Part shown: piece after piece, positions 53,598-64,000 of the stretch
Position numbering within the stretch: the stretch's first letter is position 1
Layout of the letters: each line of letters starts with the position of its first letter
From: Octopus sinensis
Lineage: Eukaryota
Assembly (NCBI RefSeq): GCF_006345805.1
Contig: NC_043005.1
Span: 8,680,001 to 8,744,000 of the forward strand
Length of the DNA stretch: 64,000 bases
Reading direction: 5' to 3'
The notes under the pieces: model-generated
What the model saw: only the letters and a program-made list of their open reading frames with translations
Told to the model about the DNA's origin: nothing
The model's database searches: none
Made by a program: the position numbers and the translations under genes

Positions 53598-53999
53598 CTT
53601 TTACTTGTTTCAGTCATTTGACTGCAGCCATGCTGGAGCACCGCCTTTAGTCGAGCAAATCGACCCCGGGACGTATTCTTTGTAAGCCCAGTACTTATTC
53701 TATCGGTCTCTTTTGTTGAACCGATAAATTACGGAGACGTAAACACTCCGGCATCGGTTATCAAGCAATGCTAGGGGGACAAACACAGACACACAAACAC
53801 ACACACACATACACATACATACATATACATATATACGACAGGCTTCTTTCAGTTTCCGCCTACCAAATCCACTCACAAGGCATTGGTCGGCCCGGGGCTA
53901 TAGCAGAAGACACTTGCCCAAGATGCCACGCAGTGGGACTGAACCCAGAACCATGTGGTTGGTTAGCAAGCTACTTACCACACAGCCACTCCTGCGCCT
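53598..53999 (-). mobile_element. Bipartite SINE type A, full length
   Basis: Complete from the tail through to ccactcctgcgcct. Confidence 0.92.
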
Positions 54000-54049
54000 A
54001 TATTAACTAATATAGTTAATTTTTGGTGATGTAGTTTATTGGACCTGAC

Positions 54050-54632
54050 GCTAATCGAACTTTTATACTAGTACTATAGGTCATAGGCATTAATTTTGCT
54101 TCGGTACAGTGTACAATTAGCTATTTGTTTAACGTGTTTATTGTCTAGTTTTAAGTACATAAATTTCATTTGGACTTTTTACTAACCTAACTAAGCTCCT
54201 GACGGTCGATTTCTGTTGAGTTGTTACATCAAAATTTGTTTCATGCTTAGTTCTTTGTAATCTGTGTATCTACAACATTAGTCATGCTGTTAGTCCTGCG
54301 GCTGTCAATAAAACATCCCAAATTTCACAGCATCATGGTATACTATTCATCTTGAAACTTATTACAAACGAATTATGTCATGACTTCTGAGCTGTCTATA
54401 TTTTCGCTTTATCTGTTTTCTCTGTAATTTTTTTAATAAAACCAATATTTGTTGAAACATACACTCTGAAAACAGATCGTTCCACTGATAGAATGCCTTC
54501 TTTTATTTGAAGCCTTTTATTTGTTCGGATAATATTTCCGTATTCTTTCCAAGTATGTTTATTAATATAAAATTCTAGTAGTGAGTTAGATATGTCAATC
54601 AAAGCACTGATAAGATGATATAGATAATTCAC
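54050..54632 (-). mobile_element. Possible Ty3/Gypsy integrase-region relic
   Basis: KRLQIKEGILSVERSVFRVYVS resembles the LxIxxGILxxxxxxRIxVP segment that precedes the integrase HHCC. Downstream frames are heavily degraded. Confidence 0.3.
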
Positions 54633-54884
54633 TTTTGGTTACTGGACAATAGCAACAATACTATATATCAGGTCTGTCAAACATAACAGCGATCAGACGA
54701 TAAATATTACACTTTGGGTAGTAAACAATGGTGGACATTTACTTATGAAGGAAATGGTGGACATGGGAATGGTTCAACGGGCGAACATGTTTTGTGTTCA
54801 AATCATTATATTTTACCAAAATCAGATTGACCAACATCGTATGAGTAGAATTACATAGACATTGAGCGGAAATCTTTTGAATGC

Positions 54885-54991
<107 letters not shown>

Positions 54992-54992
54992 G

Positions 54993-55132
<140 letters not shown>

Positions 55133-55799
55133 AATATATTATATATGCACGTATAGATATCTATACAATATCTATATACATAGAATATATGTATATATAC
55201 ATACATACATATATATATATATACATACACATATATATGTATGTGTGTGTGTGTGTGTGTGCGTGTGTGCGTTTGTGTACTGTGCGTGTGTGTTTAGGCA
55301 GCGAAATTACAGAGTTTGTGTAATAGATTGCCTTGCAGTTTCTGCAGCAGTTATCTGCACTCAGAGTGTAGATACTACTGAGTGTATAAAGCTTACCGTT
55401 CATATTTTATGGTTATTAAAAACTATTAGTCCTTTAGACTGGGCTTCATTCTTCTTCGTCTCTCTCTCTCTTTCTCTAATAATTAGCTACCGTTCCAATC
55501 TGAAGAGTGATAGGTCATATGGAATGATAGCGTCTCTGTGATACATTCAGCAAATGAAGTGGTACAAGACAAGCCACAGTCAATTCATATATATATGTAT
55601 ATATGTTCTCCCAATGTAAATCTGCGAGAAATTAGAAAACAGGTGTATTCTAAATAAAATCTAAGCAGAGGATTAGTAGGAGTTACAGGGTATCATAGAA
55701 AATGCTTAGTGGTATCTATTCTGATTCTTGCATTTTAAGTTCAATTACTGCAGAGATCAATTCTTCCTTTCAATCTTCAGGAGGCGATAACATAAAATT

Positions 55800-56178
55800 C
55801 CACTGTAGCGTGTTGAACTGTTAAAATTGTTTGAACGTCGGACTCGATGTATGGCGATATACGTTCTGACACCTTCCATTATGAATTCAGAATCGACGTT
55901 ACTCTGTTTAATAGCATCATCTAACCTAAGAGACCTGAATGGGGTGGATGCAGATGTCTTTAAAATGAAACTGGATCTCTTCCTGTCAGGTGTCCCAGAT
56001 GAACCAACTTCACGGCAGGAGGTGCAGATGAGGGCAGCTGCATCGAACTCTCTCATGCACCAAATGGCAGTTGCTAAAAAGCTTTCGTGAAGTAAAACCA
56101 TGTAGCAACACCAAATGGCGGTGCCCCAGCATGGCCACAGCTCATGAGCTGAAACTAGAATCAATCAATCAATCAATC
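55800..56178 (+). mobile_element. CR1-like LINE 3' end with (AATC)n tail
   Basis: LFERRTRCMAIY...LRDLNGVDADVFKMKLDLFLSGVPDEP..AASNSL, then gctgaaactag(aatc)n. Confidence 0.88.
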
Positions 56179-57038
56179 TGATATTACCGTTTGATATTAC
56201 CCTGCTTTTCCTTATTCCATGTTAGCGTTGCTCTGAAAAGAATTATAGTCACATCCTTCCCTCCTCATTGAGTGATGAAAAATTAAAATGTGAGATATTC
56301 GCTCTGTACACATTGCGCAAACACTCCACTGATTGATTCGTTGAAAACGTTTAAACGATAGCGCTATAGTTCATTCTATGACATTAAATCGAATATAACC
56401 ATAGAATACTATTATCTCTTATGTGACATTAAAACGATGAACAATGAAATTATGTAGTTTTTACTTTCTTAAATTAACTATGCGTGCAATAATGGCAACC
56501 AGTATGCTAATCATACATTGTATGTCATTTAAGCACACCAGTTTTCTGATTGATATATATCGTTCATATTTCAATAGTAGTCTCATAATATCCTACGTAA
56601 AAATAAGACTAATGTAAATAAACATTCAAGAATATCCTAAAACCGGAAACTGATACCCCAAAACAATTTGAGTTAAGATCTTTGGTGTGGTCACTAAAGA
56701 AATTCACCTCAGAGGTACTGTTTTAAAAACGGGAAGAACAGAAAGAATAATATATTTAAAGAACATTTTGATCATATGTCTTACTGAATAGATCTAAAAG
56801 AAGGTTTAAACAATTTAACAATAACAACACTATCATATGTTTTTATTTATTAGCACAGTTTACGATCTAATGGAATTTATTTAATTCTTTGATTGTAGAA
56901 GAGGAACCATATTTATAATGATATATATAATAAAATAATATAAATGAAATATATACAATATAAAAAGTATGTCAAAATATCAAAGGTAAAGCAAAGTGAC
57001 GTTAGATGTTACCTCTTTAAACACCATGTAGTAAACTA

Positions 57039-57110
57039 TCTTGAAATATGTCAATCTACTATGATGGAAAATTTCTTGAAATATGTCAATCTACTATGAT
57101 GGAAAATTTC
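57039..57110 (+). repeat. Perfect 35-bp tandem duplication
   Basis: tcttgaaatatgtcaatctactatgatggaaaatt occurs twice. Confidence 0.95.
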
Positions 57111-59199
57111 TACAGCTATAAAATGATTTGTATTCAGCTATAACATGATGTGCTGTCAGTCACTAGACTGCGGCCAAGATGGGGCACAGCTGAAATAGAA
57201 CATGAACAACTACAACACTGACGACTGTTACTATAGCAGCCCAAAATTTTAAAAAAAAGTAAAGAAACACTGCAAAAATCAAAATATGCACCATTGCATA
57301 TTTCGCAATGTTGCGAAGTACGCAGTGATACATAACGGTGCAAAATATGCAATGATAACCCAGAGAAAAATATCAATACAACATTATTTGATAGTCATTT
57401 TGCTACTCTGGTGACGGTTTTGAAAACATAACTCGTGAGTAATATGGCTTGTTCTGTTGCATCATGCATTTACTCACTGTTTAGGATGACTATGATGATG
57501 CTCGGCCCTTTTACACTTGATTGAGCAAGGTATTAAGGCAGTGGCAGTAAGGGCAGATTGACGCATCTACACTAAGATGGTTCTCGTTACATCTTGATAG
57601 ACTCGAGTAACCTAAGTTGTAGCACACAATGTGTTTCCGGGCCAGAAATTGAACGCTGAACCTTATGATCCTGAACGAATCAGCCTATTTGCTAACCTTG
57701 CAGCTTGTCTGGAATTGGAAATAGAATCATAATACCACATAGGCTCATGATTTTAGTTTCAACATATCCCCTTGAAACACCTGTATATCTAAATACATTG
57801 ACCTGTGGAAAATTAAGGGCCTTGTCAATGGACACAGTATATTACCATTCATTGGACAGTCTTCTGATCCCTTATATTTTGGTCTCCCGTCCCACTGGTT
57901 CGGCTATTTTTATACTTTAACAGATATAATTACAACGCATATTACATCAATATATTCATCATACAGGAAGCTAATATCAATACATTTATCGAAAAACATA
58001 TTGTGGGTAGCGTTAATGTATTCAGAATAAAAATATAGTGAGTAATATTTGTATGAGACGATGGAGCGTGATCGATATAAAAGACTGTTATAATATTAAG
58101 ATTGGTAATTATGGGGAAGTAAAAAATAAAGTGAAAAATAAACATTACTGAGATTTTTTAATAACTAAAATTGGTTATACATACACACACGCACGCACAC
58201 ACACACACACACACACACTCACACTCATATATTAATGTGGCTTATATTTTTTCTAAACGGTTTCCTATGTTAATTGAAGTAAATCATATTAACTCTTGAA
58301 TATATTACATCCTAAAATCTCGGAATTAATGGATAAAGAACACACATAAAGATACATATTCACAGACACAGATACAAATAAAAACACAAACACATGCACA
58401 CACAAACACACACACTCACGCATACACACTCAGAGACTCGCACATGTACATGTGCATATGTACATTTGCGTCTACATATATATATATACATACTCATGTA
58501 TGAGTTTTTCTTTATGCATATACATGCAGACACACTCATATAATATGCAACAACAATCATTAATAGGTACATGGTCATCATAGACATATGAATGTATAAA
58601 ATCCCCCACGCCCAGATTTGCACACATATCTACACACACATATACATGCATATACACACAGATAAACATATACATATCCTTTTTTTGTTTATGTGTGTGG
58701 GTGTGAGGTTGTTAACATATGCAAATTTACAGACTCACACACACTCATTCATATATATATGTGTGTGTGTATGTGTGTATATGTGATTGTACAGACAGGA
58801 TATACTGAGGAATTACACACATGCATACATATACATACACATATGTGTATGCGTGTGTGTATATATGTGTGTGTGTGTGTGTGTGCATTTCACGGAATTT
58901 AATGCTGTATTTAAAACGAAAATTCTCACAGATTATTTGACGCCATTTTTTATGTATTAACGTGTAAAAAAAAGTCAAATCGAACTACACAGAAATTTAA
59001 CAAGCAATGTTAGCAATGGCAATTTTTTCAACGTCTACGTAGATAAGAACTCTAATTAAAATGACACACAAAAAAATAATAGATAAATAAACAGAAGGAA
59101 ATACTGAAAGTAAAACTTAATTTCAAAATGACAATTTATTGATAATAGATAGAATACGAGGATACGTGGCACTGACCTCATACATTTTCATATCCCTTG

Positions 59200-59950
59200 C
59201 TTTCAGAAAATGTTGTTTATACACAAGAGGATGCTCCACATAGAATATATAACGCATTCAATCGAAATTAGTGTTTTAATGATACCGGTCTTCTAATAAG
59301 TGATTTACAGCGATGGTTCCCTGTGAGGAATTTAAACATAGACATGTAATAATTGCGTCTAGCATTGGAATAAAGTCCAGTATTCGAAGGAGGAGTTAGT
59401 CGATACCATCGAGCCCCATACGGATATATTAGTCAATGGTCATCATCCAGTAGATGTACCCAGATATTATGACGAAGGATTTTATCAATTCCAGTTAGAT
59501 TAAAGGAAATTTGCATTAGATACAGGTGGTGGTTTTGCATAAATGTATTTGTCGAGCGAAATAATGTGTATCGGTTTATCTTCTGATTACTGACATAACG
59601 GAACCCCTACTTACAGGTGCACTATATCCTTGCTCATCCATGTTCTATAACTTTAATAACTTTTGCGTCTCTGACGAGGCTAGACTCAGGTTACTCCCAT
59701 TCAGGTACCCTATCTTTTATCAAAATTTTGGGCCTAATCTCTCGGTTATATCACTGCACCTAATCTTTTCTCCCAAGAACGTTAGTCTTCTGGAATTCGC
59801 TTTTCTCGTCTACGTGATGCTTTACCAAGTTTCGAGATGACATCGAATGCCCTCCGAAGACCATAGATATTGTTTCTTCTTCTTCCAGATTCATGAAGTA
59901 AAATGAAGAGACGTACTGGTTTCGACATAATCGATTTCTCTGATTCCCAA
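59200..59950 (-). mobile_element. Decayed LINE RT relic (RTE-like)
   Basis: In order on the minus strand: IYGLRRAFDVI (about FxDLxKAFDxV), MGVT* (about GVxQG), and YLGTST (about KYLG). Confidence 0.5.
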
Positions 59951-60759
59951 AGGCTGAAAGTGGATAACACTTCACTGTCAATGCTTTGTCATGTACGTGC
60001 TCGTGAACCTAGATTTTTGATTCTCATAAGAAGTCTTAAAAGAAAATGAAGGTAGTGTAAAAATACTAGTGTGAGTTCTATGCTTGAAGTTTTCAAATTC
60101 TAACCAAGGTGATATATATGAAGACAGAAATGATTACTGTTGTCAATCGTCTTATATTTGATGTACGCTTTCACTGCACTACCGACGGTGGCCGAGGTGC
60201 ACGAAGCACTTTGGCTACCATTAATGTTTTGAATTCCTTTCGTATTTCTTAATATAATGAAAGTATTCTACATAATGCGAGAGGATCATGTGCATCACCC
60301 AAAACTATATTTATATGCTGTGTTAATCTGTTTATCCTTAGGGTCAGTTATGTAAATTTCGTTATACCATTTAATGATTTTCAAAGCAACTGTTGCTTCT
60401 GTCATCGGTTTTCAAATTCTGTTTATCGCCATTTTCAGAACAGTACAACCGAAAGTAAATTTCGTTGAGATACATTATTGCCTGCTAGAAATATATTACT
60501 ACAACAAAGCACTCCTTCGCTCGAGCTCCTTATTAACAATGTCATGCAGAATTAGTCAGATCGTGTGTATGTGTCTGCCTCTGTGTGTGTGTGTGTGTAT
60601 GTATGTGTGTGTGTGTGTGTGTGCGTGCGTGTGTATGATTGACAAACCACAAAATATGGTCGTTTTGTCATTGTCTGTGATATTTTCTGGGGAGTGTTTT
60701 ATGCAACTTCGTTTCCTTTGATGTTTCATATTACTGGCATAGCAGGAAGTGTACGAAAA

Positions 60760-62400
60760 AAATCAACTAGGAGAAGTCTGTGTATACGAATTCGATCTGG
60801 ACTACAAACGGTATTGCCTGAAACAATGTGAATAATTGTTTCTTACCGCTTTCTATATATTGATCATTTAGCTTTTATTCCAGAGTTTTGATACGTTTTG
60901 AAGGTAAGATTTCGATCCTGCTCTGCAATTCAGAATATTTCTGTTCTACTTTTGTGTCCCGCATTTCTCAGCATTTCCGTCTTTTTCCATATTTTAGCGT
61001 TGTTCAGCTTAGTCATTTTACAGGCTATGTACAGGCATTTTTATCACCACCGGTTAAGCACGGTATTCTGTAAACGTCATTTGGCTTCGTGGTTACGTAT
61101 TACACAAGTTATGCTCTTTGTTCTTCTCTTTTATTCTAACTTTTCGATTTTTCAGCATCTGTTTTGCATTTGTCGGGTACTTTGAAAACAGAAAAATCTT
61201 TTCGTTTACATGTGTTTTGTAGCTATTTGTAATAATTTCCAATTTTTTTTTACTAACAAATCTTTTATAATAGTATTCTGCTTACAAAAACCCATATGTT
61301 CTTGTATTCATGTCATTTACGAACCGTTCAGAATATTTTAAGTAATATTTCTTACTAGAACAGCTAGACCACTGATGAGTATTTCTATTTTCCTTTTGCA
61401 TTCATATCTGCTTTCAAGCATTTTTCTAATATATCTTCTTCTTTCTAATTTTTTCTTTCACGTGTACTTCCTGTATTCTATCTAGTGAAATGCGAAAGAT
61501 ATTTAGAAATTTGAGTTTCATCTACTTCTCTTATCTCTTTATTTATCAAGGTATTAGTATTCTAATATCTTTCTCTGAGAGGCTTCTATTGCTCAGATTT
61601 CTAGCCTGAATATCATCTAACTCTCTATGGCGAATCTATAGTACCGTTTGTATTTGTTTATCATCTGCAGCAAACCGCGTCAGGGTGTCCAAAGAGCAAA
61701 AATGTTGATTGCCTTCCCAGAGCATGTGTATCCGAATTCAATCTTGTTTAACATGTTGTTAAATGTGTGAGCCTCAGACAAAAATAATCTGGAAAGATTA
61801 AGTCTCATTGAAGTACTTTTCTCCAGTAGAGATATTGTTAGATTTTATAATCTTCTTTGTCTCATTCCACAGACTTATTATTGATTATTTCTTCATTCTA
61901 AGTTCAACATGTAGAGAACACTGTTCAAAATCTTTCTGGTAATCAATAGATGTAATATTCATAGACGTCTTTAACCACCTGCAGTCTCAGGTAATGGCTC
62001 TGTTGGTTAGTAATGGATCATCACAATCTTAAGACTACTTAGTATTACATCTTAGTTTATGGAAGTGATTCTTCTCTTATCTACCGTAATTCTGTGGGAT
62101 ATTGCGATCACTGTTTCTAAATTGAAGGAAAGTAGGTTATACGTCTGTAATTTTGTTAAGCTTTGACCTTTCGTTAGTTGGTGTCAGCCTTGTGATATCT
62201 TCGCCCCTTCAATATATCTTGTTAAACTTCCACGTAAGCCACTTGTGTGTCCAAATAAAACAAATATATTAATAAGATTGGGATGCTATAAATGATTCCT
62301 GTCTTCCTGGTACTTCTATAGTATTTTTGAGACTTGTATTCATAACATCACCCGCAATTATCTTGATGCTTGAATCATTTGCTTTAAAGAAACTCACATG
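60760..62400 (-). mobile_element. Decayed R4/Dong-clade LINE, about 1.6 kb
   Basis: Collinear motifs: HKWLTWKFNKI, MNITSIDYQKDF (about WIDYxKAFD), NQHFCSLDTLTRFAADDKQI (about INHLLYMDDLKLYA), MLRNAGHKSRTEIF*IAEQDRNLT (about WLxxxxLxxETEGFIxAAQDQ), and ETIIHIVSG. Confidence 0.75.
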
Positions 62401-62544
62401 TGGTTATTCTTGGCTTCTTCCTTATCCATCTACAGAATTCTACACTGCATCAATTTCTACTTTACGTTTACTTGTACATAATAAAATCATCTTAATTTAG
62501 AATAAAAGTACTTATATTCTTCAAAGAATAATTGTCCTTAACCT

Positions 62545-62720
62545 CATCGTATTACTTGCTATTTAGCAAACAAATTCGAGTGTACGACATAGTCGAGAGG
62601 TCAAGATGAGACGCCGCAGAGCGGCCAGTTAAGTTTCGTTGCTTGGATAAGTTTCGTGCACAGCAATCTACTTAAACTGGAAAGAATCCGTTGTAATTAT
62701 AGAAGACAAAGCATAGCTTT
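62545..62720 (-). mobile_element. Tc1/mariner-superfamily transposase C-terminal relic
   Basis: NWPLCGVSS*PLDYVVHSNL resembles WPPxSPDLNPLDYxVWxxL. Confidence 0.5.
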
Positions 62721-63414
62721 AAGCATATGTTATTCACAGACAAGTAGAGATGTAATGAATTGTTGAGTTGTACTTTCTTGAAACATAGATAAAATCTAAA
62801 ATATTGTTATCGTGTGAGACTGAAATTAGAACAGCGAAGTACTAAACTGTACATATAAAATAACAAATTCTGATTCCTGTTGGCAAACGTCTCGTGTATG
62901 TAATAACGTATTCATAATCAGATATGTGCGTCTTGCTTAATAGATAAAATACAATGAATGGAGTATAATGTGAACACACCACCCGCAGTACTGTGCTTAT
63001 TTCAATCGTTACAACTTCCTGGTATATAAATAGTGAATATTGTCAGCATTTGTATATCATTACACCCATCAATCATTGCCAAACTGATGTCTTCTTTAAT
63101 CTTCTTAAATTTAATATGACTGACATACCTTCACTTATGTTTCCCTGCTTCAATAGACTACTCTCTCGCCAAGTCTTCACTGCCGGAAAGATTCTTATTT
63201 CAGATTAGGAGACGTGGAAGCAAAGGAGTTACATATCGTGTTTTCTTACATTAATATTCACTACGGGTCTGTTGCTTGAATAAAGATGAAATATCTAGAT
63301 TCCTAAATTTTTAACTAGAACTAGCACACGCGTAAACACACGCATATGATAAAGTTGATGATAAAGACGCCGACGATGTTTTTCATGGTTGCAGCTGTGA
63401 TTCTACTTTTTTCG

Positions 63415-63462
63415 TCGTCGTCTTCATCATCATCATCCATCGTCATCACCATCACCATCATT

Positions 63463-63558
<96 letters not shown>

Positions 63559-63574
63559 GTCGTCGTCGTCGTCG

Positions 63575-63628
<54 letters not shown>

Positions 63629-63650
63629 CTACATCAAAACACCACCATCA
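63415..63650. repeat. (CAT)n-(CGT)n-(CAT)n compound microsatellite
   Basis: Directly visible. Confidence 0.97.
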
Positions 63651-64000
63651 CCACTGCACAACAACAAAACCAAAAACAAAAGCAAGCACAACATCATTCT
63701 GTGTTTCTTACCGTTATTCAAAATATAAGCAGTACAATATTTATATTTCCATTTTATAATAACTGTCAGTAATATTCATATAATTTTCTCTTGAATATGT
63801 CTAGCCTTTCATAATATATTATGTTATCATAATTATTGCTAGTGATGTGTTCGTTTTTATTATTGATGTTGATATTGTTTTATCGCAAGTCAATCCTTTT
63901 GGAATATATCTCAGATATCCCGTATTTGATATCGAAGGCTTCATTATCTAATATGACATTTCTTTCACAAGCAGTAAGGCGTGTTTCGAAAAAAAGTTCA

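Noticed and set aside
59782-59970. bHLH-like RRRNNIYGLRRAFDVI
   Set aside because: Better explained as the RT DLxKAFD motif, with other RT motifs downstream.

Overview
AT-rich eukaryotic DNA packed with microsatellites and transposon relics. The tRNA-derived SINEs and other dispersed repeats look like families I recall from Octopus genomes; this is inferred from pattern recognition, not a database hit. I find no intact host gene, rRNA, true tRNA or CRISPR array, so the window is intergenic or within a large intron. Most ORFs in the supplied track are microsatellite translations. Supportable content: (1) decayed non-LTR retrotransposons: R4/Dong-like at three sites, RTE, CR1-like and Penelope-like; (2) at least five modular tRNA-SINE types; (3) a full-length decayed mariner, a Tigger-like MITE, two non-autonomous Helitrons and a foldback-type TIR element; (4) possible BEL/Pao and Gypsy relics; (5) local direct and inverted duplications. 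Most interesting: elements sitting in (TAA)n microsatellites, a tandem-plus-inverted 481-bp Penelope-like unit, long palindromes (287 bp and about 400 bp), a hammerhead-ribozyme-like motif, SINE module swapping, and a locally templated insertion inside a LINE. Coordinates were counted by hand and identities are by-eye estimates.
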